Shown: positions 39,801-50,462 of the stretch, piece after piece
Layout: every line of letters starts with the position of its first letter
Numbering within the stretch: position 1 is the first letter of the stretch
Assembly: GCF_001949145.1 (NCBI RefSeq)
Contig: NW_019091361.1
Location: forward strand, 2,775,825-2,839,824
Reading direction: 5' to 3'
Length of the DNA: 64,000 nt
Origin: Acanthaster planci
Lineage: Eukaryota
Program-made: the position numbers and the translations under genes
The notes under the pieces: model-generated
Told to the model about the DNA's origin: nothing
Database searches by the model: none
The model's input: the letters and a program-made list of their open reading frames with translations, nothing else

Positions 39801-40460
39801 ATGCCAGAACATCTGAGCCTGCCTTGGATATCATTTCATTGCACTCACAACAGGCTCACATTGCTGTATTAAATAACTAGAACACTTTCTGTACAAAGTG
39901 AGGCCTGCTAGGGGCATCCCTGGTTGTGCACAAACCTATGGAAAATGTGAAATGTAGTTTTACTTAAGAACGGCCTTTTGCGTATCTGCATATGTAATCT
40001 ACATCAGCGCGTTGTAGTCCGAAAACCAAAACAGAAACACATAGTCAGTCAGTGAGTGAATTGTTTTGCTCTTTGCAAACAACGTTAATACATGTGCATG
40101 AGCTGTGAATGAAGATACACGCAGCTTCTGTATATTTAATTTGCACTGCATGTGAAATTTGCCGCAGGTTTTCCTTGTGTGTATCATACACATAGAAAGC
40201 TTGCATGAACACTGTTCACTGACCGCTGTCATTGTTCTTGGGCACACGCACATGATTTCAAAATGACAACATCCATGATGCCGTCAATGTTTTTTTGCAC
40301 AGGAAACAAAAAGTTAGTGCTCTAGTGATTTAATATAGCTCTGTGAATACATGTTTTTTTTTCGCATGTGATTAAAGATGAGTGACAATTGTGAAAACTT
40401 CTGGTTTGTGTTTCTTCTCTTCATCAGGGCGATCAAGGCAAGAGCTGTTACATCATGTAA
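21483..40460 (+). CDS. LMNB: Nuclear lamin (B-type), 10 coding exons, 575 aa
   Basis: join(21483-21871,31184-31373,31939-32031,32400-32570,33248-33373,34224-34444,34558-34744,35711-35938,36508-36597,40428-40460) = 1728 nt, all GT-AG and phases consistent. Motifs: SPTAISR (CDK1 site), [44 protein letters not shown], lamin tail domain, [17 protein letters not shown] (CaaX). Confidence 0.96.
27133..27210. mobile_element. DNA-transposon end (hAT-like) with subterminal GAATATT repeats
   Basis: TAGAGCTGTGCCGAATA followed by repeated (C/T)GAATATT. Confidence 0.4.
27684..29324. mobile_element. hAT-like non-autonomous element with GAGACC subterminal repeats (spans gaps; right end assembled twice)
   Basis: Left TTGCAGGTCGAGACCGAGACC; right GGTCTCAAGACCTGCAACACTG at 28638-28659 and again ending at 29324. 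Confidence 0.6.
27824..28357. other. Assembly gap (further gaps at 28959-28983, 36743-36754, 44992-45001)
   Basis: Runs of N. Confidence 0.99.
30997..31130 (-). mobile_element. Degenerate tRNA-related SINE/repeat just upstream of lamin exon 2
   Basis: Minus strand GGGCTGGGTAGCTCAGCTGGCAGAAC...AGGTCGCCTGTTCAAGTC: A-box and B-box-like, but no intact cloverleaf. Confidence 0.55.
31184..31373 (+). CDS. LMNB: Lamin exon 2 (coil 1B)
   Basis: Pyrimidine tract + [17 protein letters not shown]...AAKKQ; donor CAG|GTGAGC. Confidence 0.93.
31939..32031 (+). CDS. LMNB: Lamin exon 3
   Basis: [31 protein letters not shown]; donor CAG|GTAAGG. Confidence 0.93.
32400..32570 (+). CDS. LMNB: Lamin exon 4
   Basis: EVKEIRSK...[18 protein letters not shown]...MFESK; 171 nt. 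Confidence 0.93.
33248..33373 (+). CDS. LMNB: Lamin exon 5
   Basis: [13 protein letters not shown]...ELNTIKSQ; 126 nt; donor CAG|GTAAGG. Confidence 0.92.
34224..34444 (+). CDS. LMNB: Lamin exon 6 (end of coil 2)
   Basis: [15 protein letters not shown]...[21 protein letters not shown]; 221 nt. Confidence 0.95.
34558..34744 (+). CDS. LMNB: Lamin exon 7 (NLS, start of tail domain)
   Basis: LKITPSP...GVKRRRID...[12 protein letters not shown]. Confidence 0.94.
35711..35938 (+). CDS. LMNB: Lamin exon 8 (Ig-fold tail domain)
   Basis: [10 protein letters not shown]...YKF...VTVWAAG...[16 protein letters not shown]...LVDASGE; AAG acceptor, GTGAGA donor. Confidence 0.93.
36508..36597 (+). CDS. LMNB: Lamin exon 9
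   Basis: VMATRTV...GNEELFHQQ; 90 nt; donor CAG|GTTAGG. Confidence 0.9.
37088..37323. mobile_element. MITE in lamin intron 9
   Basis: TIRs TTCCAGAAATAAGGGGTCCA / TGGACCCCTAATTTCTGGAA. Confidence 0.6.
37865..38118. repeat. Minisatellite, ~15-bp unit AAGTTATCCAATCTC x ~17
   Basis: Directly visible tandem array with 14-bp variants. Confidence 0.95.
38208..38355 (-). mobile_element. Diverged copy of the 2621-2819 SINE in lamin intron 9
   Basis: Shares collinear blocks GGGAAAACCC, GGACTGAAAACCAA.CCACA, GGGATT, GCCGCACAGG, AGGAAA. Confidence 0.55.
40428..40460 (+). CDS. LMNB: Lamin exon 10 (CaaX)
   Basis: tttcttctcttcatcag|GGC GAT CAA GGC AAG AGC TGT TAC ATC ATG TAA = [10 protein letters not shown]. 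Confidence 0.92.
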   Translation, partial: GDQGKSCYIM

Positions 40461-40691
40461 ACCCACTGACTATGATGCCAGCACGGCACCACCGACAACC
40501 GCATCCTTCGACAGTTCTAGTTATTCAGCTTCAAAGCAAAAATGGTCCTTGAAGTGGAATTGAACTTCCAACCGTCCTTGCTGTCCCAAGCATGCATTGA
40601 AAATGTTCATGCAGTTATTGCCTTCTGAATCCTCTGCATGAAATTGTTCATTTCTGTTTTGTTCTGTTTTAGGGAACATTTCATAATTACA

Positions 40692-40807
40692 GAAGGCGGT
40701 ATTTACTGCAGTACCGCTGTATTTTTGCGGTACCAGCATTAAGCCCTTTTGGGTAACTAGTGCAGTGCCGCTAAAAAAACAGTGGTACCGCAGTAAATAC
40801 CGCCTTC
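40692..40807. repeat. Inverted repeat (MITE-like hairpin) in the lamin 3' UTR
   Basis: GAAGGCGGTATTTACTGCAGTACCGCTG ... CAGTGGTACCGCAGTAAATACCGCCTTC. Confidence 0.85.
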
Positions 40808-41037
40808 AACAAGTATGAAATGCTCCCTTACTTTGACTCGTGCGTATTTGCATTACTTGAGGGGATAAAAATGTGGTGACCTGATCTTAACCCTTTCAGA
40901 AGCAACCCCAAATATAGGGTTGTGGAGGCTATTTATGGAAGGCCAGTGCCTGATCAGGGGTCCCTTTTGGCCTTGTAAAGATAGGATCGTGACATGTTTC
41001 CGTTAATACCATACCGAAATGGTTGTAAAAAGTGTTC

Positions 41038-41043
41038 AATAAA
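41038..41043 (+). promoter_or_regulatory. Candidate proximal poly(A) signal of lamin (distal candidate at 44265-44270)
   Basis: AATAAA ~580 nt after the stop codon, followed by T/GT-rich sequence. Confidence 0.35.
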
Positions 41044-41143
41044 AATTTGCAGCCTCTGTTTTTTCCCGTGTGTGTCATTGAGAGACACTGACATTCAGTG
41101 CCATAGTCTCTTGTGTGTCCATATCCACTCACTGAAATACATG

Positions 41144-41480
41144 TAGTCTGTGGGGTGTCTATTTGCACTCTGTGGAATAGTCTGTGGGGTGTCTGTTTGC
41201 ACCCTGTGGAATAGTCTGTGGGGTGTCTGTTAGCACCCTGTGGAATAGTCTGTGGGGTGTCTGTTTGCACCCTGTGGAATAGTCTGTGGGGTGCCTGTTT
41301 GCGCCCTGTGGTATACTCTGTGGGGTGTCTTTTTGCACTCTGTGGAATAGTCTGTCGGGTGTCTATGAGCACTCTTTGGAATAGTCTGTGGGGTGTCAAT
41401 AAGCACTCTTTGGAATATTCGGTAGGGTGCCTATATGCACTCTGTGGAATAGTCGGTTGGGTGTCTATATGCACTGTTTG
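41144..41480. repeat. Minisatellite, 34-bp unit x ~10
   Basis: TAGTCTGTGGGGTGTCTGTTTGCACCCTGTGGAA, degenerating rightwards. Confidence 0.95.
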
Positions 41481-44400
41481 GGTGTATATGTACAAGTACT
41501 GTTGTGTACAAAGTGCCCAGCCTCGTTACTTTTTGCCTCCTGGCTACTTTATGCTTAATATTCCTACTTTTTGCCTTTTGTTGACAACGACCAATTTATT
41601 TGAATGTGTTGCTATTGAGCAGTCCGGCCAAGTTGTTTTTAAAGGATTAGTGCACTCATAGTCACCTAGAGTGGCTTTTAAAGACTTTCAAACAACCCAG
41701 CTGTGCTTGTGTTTGTAATGAAGGCAGTGGCCGTTTTTATCAGTTGGAAAGTGGGGCAGAAAACCTTTAGGACAAAAAAAATAGATCCAAAGGTAGAGCT
41801 TATGCTCAGATAACAATGTTTTGTCTTTTGTATATATATTAACCTGCTCACTGTACAGGCGTGTAGTTAACATAGTGTTTTCACTGTTGTGTTCAGTCAT
41901 TAAAAAAGTAATTAGGTGTTTTTGGTAGAAATTAAATAGAATTTTAAAAGCGTCAAAGTTTTTTTTGGGAGGGGGGGTTTATTTGCCTTTTCCCCAGAAA
42001 CTTTGGAAAGGTTTTTTTTTAAGAAATGTAGAAATCATTGTACAAAAACTTGGGGTCTCCTCACTTTCAGAAAACTTGGGGGAGGGGTGGGAATGAATGG
42101 GATGAACTCTGCAGAAAACATTGTTTTATTCACAAAAAAAGTTTAGTTTTAAAGTGGGAGGTAAAATATTTTCTCTTGCCGACCCTTTCATTACGTTGGC
42201 ATGCAGTTCAGATTTTGTTTCAATACGCATAAGTGTCCGAGGGGGTAGTATTTATGTCATGTTCATTAGTTCAGTCCCAGTCGTTTCAGTTCTATGAAAC
42301 CATTTCAAGCTTACCTGTATTCCAAAGACAAGTTCAGGGTAAGTCCTCAGAGCTATTTTTTTTAAAAACAGCTGACTGATGAAATACGATGCAATTGAAT
42401 TACTCGGCAGTTGCTTTTTTTAACATCACTGGTAACCGTCAGCAAATCGTTTAAAACTCCCCTTGTAACAGGTGAACGGATGTCGCATAGGGTTACCGTT
42501 AAAAAAAGAAAAAGAAATTCAGTTCAGCATGTTCGGAATTGCTAGTCTTGATTCTAATTGTTGGAAATTGTTGCTTCATCTTTTGTTTCTAGAACTAAGA
42601 CTTCCAAAATGGTTCACCGAATCATTGTTTTTCCTGGTGAGAAAAAGTTGTAATAGATTGCCATAAAAGTTTTTATGAAGTTATAATTTTTGTGCTAACT
42701 TACAAGTTTTTGGTGATTGCCATGAAGCTTGGACAAGTTTTATCGCACCATTTTTTTTAACTACTTAGTTCACGTCTTTAAATGTAATCAGATTTGTGGT
42801 GAAAATAGAGCTGGTAACTTGTAGGCTGGGATTTTTCTGTTGATGCTTCCTGTATGAAATAAGTAGAATCCGTATGTGCTTCACTTTTCTTTGTAGCTGT
42901 CTCTTTTGATAGGTTGTGAGAGCAAGTATCCTATGTTATATTTTTAATAATTACACTCCTCAGCTTTTTGCGTGTGCTGGTGTTGTCTCCACCTGTTTAT
43001 AGAATGGATTGTAAACGATGTCGCTCGTCATATGTACTTCGGTGTATAATTGTGTTTTGTAGTCCAGGTCTATTTTTCATTCCAAATTCGACCATGAGAA
43101 GCTGATTAAGATATCGAAACCTTGAAATAACCTAGCTAAGTGTTGAAGAGGGATCCGCAGGAGAACCGTTTATGACGTCTGAATATTTCATGAACTGTTT
43201 GGAGGCAGTGATGTGGGTCAAAATAGGCGCGGAAAACCAGACAGAGGTCCTTCTGGAAATTGGAGATTGCGTTGACAGTGACGGCAGGAATTGGAACTAT
43301 TGACCTTCCATTGCATCTAAATGGAGGTGGTACTTCTAACATCTGCCGATATTTCCGTTGAAATTACCAAAGTCTTATAACTTGTTCAGAGTTTGCACAA
43401 ACATTTCCTGACATGGGCATGGATAAATTATATGAATGAATTTCTTACTAAAGCGTATTGAGTTTAAATTGATAGAGGATTGAATCAGAAGTGCTTGGAC
43501 TACATGCTAGCCGACTGCCAAAAAGTCCTCGTTTGAACTATGTCGGAGCAAAGGGGTTATTTCTGATACATACTTTTTATCCTTTTAGTATTAGGTCAAC
43601 TTTTGTGGAGAAAAAAGGTATTGATCAGATGTAGAGCAAAATACACGTTCATGTTATGTTTGTCAGATTAATAGTTGAGAGCCATAGTGGAAGTCAAACT
43701 TCATGGCTGAATGCATAAAAATGCGGTTATTTTACACAGCGCAATTTTTTGTGTCACGCATATACATTAAATACCTTTTTCTAATCTGTCTAATTTCATT
43801 GTAGCGGATACACATGCAAAAATACTTGCTGATGTACTTCCTGTAAGTTAATAGGATCTTTTGGTTTTATCTGTAGTGTAGAGAAAGTTTATGTTTGACC
43901 ATCATAAATATTTACCGTCTTTCCCCCAAAATCTTTGAATGATAATCGGTAAGGTCATCCCAGTCGTGAAATGGATTGGAAAACTACTACTACTGACTAA
44001 AATACACTTTCCAAAAAAAATCAATGTAACAAATCAACAAGAACTGGTGACACAATGAAAACAGTTATTTTGTAGGTACCAAGACTGAACTAGATACATG
44101 AAGGTCATTGTAAAATTGTAATGAAAAATTGTAAACAATATTATAAAGCAACCGATTCCATACCCCTTAATTTGGCTTAGTTTGATGATCCAAGAAATCG
44201 CCAGTTTTATGCTTTCTCAATTTCTGCCATAGATTATACATTTTTCTCCTCTGCCTCGAATGTTAATAAAACATTAGGATGTGCTTGCAAAACCAGGCTT
44301 GCATAATGTGTAAATCATTCCAAGCACACAATGGATAGCCTTACATTTTAAAATCTTTTCACAACCGTCAGTTTTTGAGATTTTCTTTCTAAGACGTCAT

Positions 44401-46665
44401 CTCCACCTAACACAGCTGCAGGAGAAATTATAAAAGATGACCCACAGAAACATGTAGAAGGAAATGGAGTTTATTCCTATTACCTCTTCGGGTTTTCCTG
44501 CAACCGAAGTGCCCTGGGTACTGTTGAAAAATACCCGGTTCGATCGCCCAAAGTACTGTACATGTACATGCGCACTGCCAGCGAAGTTCTCGAAGTCGAC
44601 CTGCGGAGTCCTCTGGCTCTCTTCACTCGGCCAGATGTCGGAGGGTTAGAGTCAGGTAATTTTTAGTTTCTATAAATTGATATGCTAGCGAATACTTTCC
44701 AAAGCCCTTTTACCGAGTTTGATTTTTAAAGAAGTAACTGACTGAAATTCCGAAAAAAATATTACAAATTCTAAAATTTGTGCACGTTATTTTTCCTATC
44801 CAAGGGACCCGGAGGTACGCCAGCGCCACTGGGGGTCAGCTTTCAGGCTTCATACAATAGGTTGTCGTGACTAGTCTTCGTGATCGTGTTGCCTTCGCAG
44901 TAATTGTTTTTTCCCCCTCAGATCAAACTGCTAGCATAATTATATGTAACGGGTTTGCCCTTACCCAACGTATATTAATAAGCACTGTATGNNNNNNNNN
45001 NCCACTCGTAAGAGACTTGGCAGACAAGAGAATCTATGCTGTCACATTTAGTGAGTTTAATATATGTTTCATTTAGTTAGTTTGATCCTTATATATGACA
45101 GAGTCATTCATTCGAAAACATTTAAGCAATAATTATGCCAGTCAAACAATTTGTTATGATCTCCAAAATTCGTCCTGTTTGTGTAATCATGGCACATAAA
45201 TCGAAATGCTTATTTGCCCTCGTGGTATTGCATGTTCAATTAGCCAACCAAATCAACTTGACATTGATAAATTTAACATAATTCATTTACCAATCATGCG
45301 TGCGTGTATAACATAGAATAAAGCAATAGTAATTTTTGTTTATGTTATCATTTCTTATGGCTAATTGGTTCATTTAACAGTTTGATGTTTGGAGTCATTA
45401 AACAGCAGAAATTTGGACTTTTCGCTGGACACTATAGTTCAGTTTGAATAAAAACCACTGCTAGTGCTACCGTCATGATAGAATGGTTATCCAATTGCAA
45501 CGCCGCCTGGGAAAGGGTAATTGTGTGTGTATAGGAATAACAATTTGGCTGACCTCCTTAATTAAGGTGCATCACAGAGGAAGGACACAGAAGGAGTTTG
45601 ATCTGCCCGGGCTGTAACATCTGGCCAATTACCGCTTTCTGGCATGCCTGGTATGTCCATAGCCAGAGCGCAGCGAACGCTTGTTACGCACCATCTGTTT
45701 CACAACCACGAAACCCCTTTGTACCCTATGATTGCCGGCGCTATTTGTCGATGGTAATCTGCATTTAAAACTTCATGTACTGAGGTACAGGAAATTGAAT
45801 ATTCATGTTTTTGTTGGTGGTTGGTATGATCTCATGACAACATCAAATTTAATGCTTGCGCAGTTGCTTGCATTACGCTGTGTGCCCTAAATCTATATGT
45901 GCAGTTATTGCCCCCAATGAGCTCTTTCTTCTGGAGTTATTTTGGGAATAAATAGCCTGGTTGTTTACAAGATTTTGTGTTTTGTTTGAATCATTTTTAA
46001 TCTGGCATTTGTACAAAAGCGTATTTTATGAGATTTCACGATCACTTCCTGTGATGAAATAGCGCATTTTGTTCCCAATGAACTAAGCTTTCCAGTAGTA
46101 GTGGACATTTTGTTGGCCAGTCTTAGCCAAATTTGTACCAAGTCTTTGAACACTGATGCATTGGACGGAGGACTGAAAAAGAAAATTACAAACCTGGCAT
46201 GGATAATGGAACAGTGTATCAAAATTTTTAAAAAAGTTTATTTACGATGGCAAAAGTTGGTCTAATATCAGGAATTTTTTCTCTGTCTGTTTCCTGATCA
46301 CATCGATAATTTGAATTTAATTGCAAGCAAAAAACTAGTATTGCTAGGATATTACTGGCCCCGCTTGTCCGGCTAACTTGCAGGCAGTAATCAGGCATTT
46401 TTGGAATGTTTTCTATAATTCGTCTGACTCGGCGGTGATCATCATTGGACACTTTGAAGTGCCCCAGTTGCAACTCCTGGAATTGAACTATATGAGTTGA
46501 AATAGATATTAAAACTAATCCAAGTGTGAGATTTTGTATATAAACAAATTAACAAATACAGAATGTATCAAAGTGATCAAAAGAACGCGAGTTTTGCTTG
46601 ATGTCTCCTCGTGGACTCACCATTTCCCTGGTTATGTAAAGTTCTTTTTTGGGGGGGTTGTGTGT

Positions 46666-46757
46666 CTAGATCGGGTATAATGCGTCTGTTGCGATTCCGC
46701 ACATATTGCCCTCGTTACGCGCAATCAGAATGTAGCCAGCCATACCCCAGGATGTGC
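46666..46757 (-). CDS. Cathepsin L-like exon 5
   Basis: [29 protein letters not shown]. Confidence 0.92.
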
Positions 46758-49700
46758 CTGCAATCGAAAGAGAAGAGACGACACAAAACAAAGCAATAAT
46801 TATTACTATTCCATGGAAAGACAACCTTATCGTATATTGTGATGATTGTTCTTTGACACCGTCTTCACTGGAGGCACCCATTCAGACTTGGGCCACGCCT
46901 ACAATACCAACATGCACTCACCCCAAGAGTTTTTGCAGATCCAATACTCTTGGTCCCCCAGCCGCCCGTAGCCAACCAGCAGCATGCTGTGGTCGAGCTG
47001 GGTAGAAGAGCACTGACTGCTGGCGTACACGCCGCTGCTGTAAAACTGGAACGAGGCTTGACTTGCATCAATGCTGACCATGACTGGCTCAGTGACTACG
47101 GCTTGGGCGAGGGTGTCTTCACTGCCGGAGCTGACTTTCTTCCCACCGTTCGGTACCTTTTGGAAGTACAAAGCCACTAAATCTTTAAACATGTACAAGT
47201 AGTTACATGGCATGACCCCCCCATCAGTGTGTCTCCCTTCCCCCCTACCCCTGAACCCATGCACTGATGGTCGTAGTTGGTCTAAGTTGTGCATAATCAT
47301 TTTCTTGGCACCCAACTTCGCTAGCCCTGTGCCCTTGTTAGGAAGGATTTGCAAGGGATTCAACTAAGAATTTGCTACACACTACTATCCGTGACTGCTG
47401 CAAAAAAGACTGAAAACTGAGTTAGGGTTACACCAAAATGGTGAACAAAGTAATTAATTGAAAGGTTGTTTTTAATGTTTCTGATACATGCAGTTGCTTG
47501 GATGCATGCCCGTGTACGGGTAAGGGTCGACTTGGTTCATTTCTTTCCAAATCTCAGTCAAATTGCTTATTTGTTTAGTTTCGTTTAACTTAGGGTTTGC
47601 TTATTTCTGCAGCTTAATCTTTTTTGCCGTCTTTTTTAAATAAGTTGTGTTTTTGCTGAATTCTGTATTGAATTGTTTTCGGTGTATTCTTTTGGTCCTG
47701 TTTTGTCAAATAATAATAGGGATGGTAGTGACGACGATGATGGTGATATAGATGTAACATTGTATTTTGATGGCAATGCTCTCTGTTCATTGTTTTATTT
47801 TCCCTTGCTTTCACCTTGGCATATGGAGTGCAGGAACCACTTTGGCACGTTCCATTGCCTGGTTTGTAGTCACCGTCTTTACAGAGGCCGCCCAGTTTGC
47901 GGATGCAGTCAAAGACGAAATCAGCCAAATGGATCCGGCAGCAATCTTGCACTTCTTGGGCACTGAGCATGGCAATGTTGCCTTTGTGGATTGCGTGGAA
48001 GCTAGCCACTGCGTCTGTAACAGTTGGTGAAGGGCTACGAAATTATCGTTGAAGTAGTAGATTAGATTACAACTTCTCTAAATAAAATTCCATTTAAATG
48101 TACAGTGGATACCAGGTTATGATGGTCCTGATATAGATCAAAGCATATAATATTAGGTACAAATAGTTTCCTGTTTAAAATAAAAAAGTCCACCTCCAAA
48201 ATGTGTACCTTTTGTAAAATCGGAAAGGAAACTCTTATTCATTTTAATATTTTGCTTGTGTATTCACACACTATCCTTTTTGGTCTGCAGAAGTTTCGTG
48301 AATTAAGTAAAGGACCAATTATTGTATTAACTTGGATAATGAAGTATTCTATTTGGTGGAACCGATATTGAAGATAAAGCTGTCAATCTAATTTTCATTA
48401 ATTTGCCGTTCTAATATCTACAAAATGAAAATGAGCCCGAAAGTGCCTTCCCTTTCAGGTTTCAAAAATGATTTAAAGACATATTTGATATGTGCAACAA
48501 CAACGTGGGGTTATTCTATTGTAGATGGGATTCGTCCTGGTGCTTTTCTTGACTAATTAATTCTACCTTATGTTTTTTATGACTTGTATAATTTAACATA
48601 TTGATGTCCATCTGTCCATTTGCCTAAACACACGTATGTTTACATACTGGTGAATTGGTGAATGTATGTTTACATACTAGTGAAGTTTTCCCTGGAATTA
48701 AAAAAATTGTAGATTTATATACCCCACAGCAACACTTCAAAAACCTAGCCAGCGATTTAGTGAAGTCTACCACAACAAACGTCCTCTGAAATCTATTGCA
48801 AACTATTCAATCTCAAGTGCACTGTGGGACCAAAGTATATCTCTTTTTGATAGTTCATTCTGTTCAGCCATTGTGACCAGACTTGCAGTGTGCTCTATAC
48901 AGTAACGGGCCTGGCTTTGGAGAGTTGGAGAAACTCACAGTACATTTTGCCTCGTTGATTAAAAACTTTGCAAAAACGTACTAAAGTGTATTGTTCATAG
49001 AATCTATGTACATATTTTTGTAACTTTTCGTTCGATCAATTTCTGACCTTTTCAAGAGCAAAAGCTGCTTAAGCAAGCATCCAGTAGAGTGAGAAGGTAG
49101 AAATACGGATTAGCATTAAAGCACATCTGAGAAAAACACCTCGCCCTCTGTTCGTAGTGGATAAACCCTTGTGCATACCAAACAGCGCATGTAGCCATTG
49201 TTTGTAGCCATCGTTTGGCATGCACAAGGGTTTATTCACTATGAACACAGGGTGAGGGTTCCCCTTGTTTTCTTTAAATGACGCAATATACATTCAGAAT
49301 TCGCATCTCGGCATGAACAGGAAAAAGCCCCTTTTAGCTTACAGTTGAGCTCTGAAGACAAATGACATGATGTGGATGCTTTCATATTTATTTGAAAGGA
49401 TAAAATCAGAGAAAACATGTTTTCCTTAGAGGTGCTCTTTAAAGGACTTTTAAAAAATTAGGTCAAAGTGAAGTTTTTCAACAGCTAACACACTGCTGTG
49501 AAATGTTTGCTTACCGGCAGCAGCAATGGCTGCTGCTGACCCTAATTGCCCCTGGTTGCGCACGGGTGTGACGTCACCCTTCTTTCGCCAATCCACGCTG
49601 CTTGGAAGGACCACGTGGGGCGACCCCATTAGATTCTTTTGAGAGACATCTGACGAGGAGGACCGAGCGGGGTAGGCATACGGCAAATGCTTCCTTGTCA

Positions 49701-50462
49701 TCTGCTCCAAAGTGAAATAAAGACATCACAAACTCTTCAAAATTAGCTGTGGTTTTGAAATGGTGGATAATTAGGTCTTTGAGCCCCGTGTGTGGATGAA
49801 GTCAATGAAGATTGTTGCTCTGTCACTTGGCAACGACTTTGAGGATGACACTTATTCTGGATATTTCCAGTTTTGCCCCTCCTCGCAGCCCTTACAGGGA
49901 TCGACGGGAAACTATCTTAGGACGCCCGTCATTTTTGACGTTTGTCATTGGGAAGTCCAAGAGTTCAATTGAACGGTGGTCAATTCCGTGTGCACGTGAC
50001 ACGTGTACTGAATATATGATGTCCATTATGCACTGATTAGGGCAGGAAGACCACAATGCTTTGTACAACTTAAACAGTGACGTACTTCCTTCACAGAGTT
50101 CTGTGAAGGGCTTTGACAGTCCCCAGCGCCTTGCAAGGGAGGCGGGACGAGCGAAATACACATTTCGACCAACGAGAAATGTTACAAAGTAACTGGTGTA
50201 CCTGTTCCTGGTCTCCGAATTCGTTCATCGCAAGATCAAAGGTTTTGTTCATTTCGGAGTTGTGTTTCCTTATGATGGCCGAGTTCCTTTCCCAAACCGC
50301 CCGCTTCTCAATTTCTTCCGACATGCTTCCATATTTCTTCCTGTAACGTTGTTTCCATGTTTCCCAATCAGTCGTGGGCGGCCCGTCGACATCATGCGCC
50401 AGCGACACGTTCCATGCAATAAATATCGCCAGAACACAGCCGAGTAATGGCGCCGACTTCAT
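46666..50462 (-). CDS. Cathepsin L-like papain-family (C1A) preproprotein, catalytic Cys replaced by Ala (probable pseudoprotease), 5 coding exons, ~324 aa
   Basis: complement(join(50202-50462,49515-49701,47815-48014,46922-47156,46666-46757)) = 975 nt, open. Signal peptide, I29 propeptide (ERWNIN variant, AMNEFGD), [69 protein letters not shown]. Alternative in-frame ATG at 50483. Confidence 0.92.
46922..47156 (-). CDS. Cathepsin L-like exon 4
   Basis: [39 protein letters not shown]...[11 protein letters not shown]...YWICKNSWG; donor G|GTGAGT. Confidence 0.92.
47815..48014 (-). CDS. Cathepsin L-like exon 3
   Basis: [26 protein letters not shown]...[13 protein letters not shown]...CTPYAK; donor AAG|GTGAAA. 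Confidence 0.88.
49139..49257. repeat. Foldback element in cathepsin-like intron 2
   Basis: ~45-bp arms CCTCGCCCTCTGTTCGTAGTGGATAAACCCTTGTGCATACCAAAC / GTTTGGCATGCACAAGGGTTTATTCACTATGAACACAGGGTGAGG. Confidence 0.8.
49515..49701 (-). CDS. Cathepsin L-like exon 2
   Basis: MTRKHLP...[31 protein letters not shown]; donor G|GTAAGC. Confidence 0.9.
50202..50462 (-). CDS. Cathepsin L-like exon 1 (signal peptide + I29 propeptide)
   Basis: [17 protein letters not shown]...[32 protein letters not shown]...MNEFGDQEQ; donor CAG|GTACAC. An acceptor at 50485-50487 implies an upstream 5' exon. Confidence 0.88.

Noticed and set aside
41144..41480. CRISPR-like ~34-bp repeat spacing
   Set aside because: Head-to-tail units with no unique spacers, no cas genes and a eukaryotic context; the same applies to the arrays at 4576 and 61768.
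40929..41661. 188-aa and 147-aa repetitive ORFs
   Set aside because: Produced by the 34-bp minisatellite; no protein motifs.
49515..49560. Silicatein assignment for the cathepsin-like gene
   Set aside because: Position 25 is Ala, not Ser, and the motif differs from silicatein's CGASYAF.
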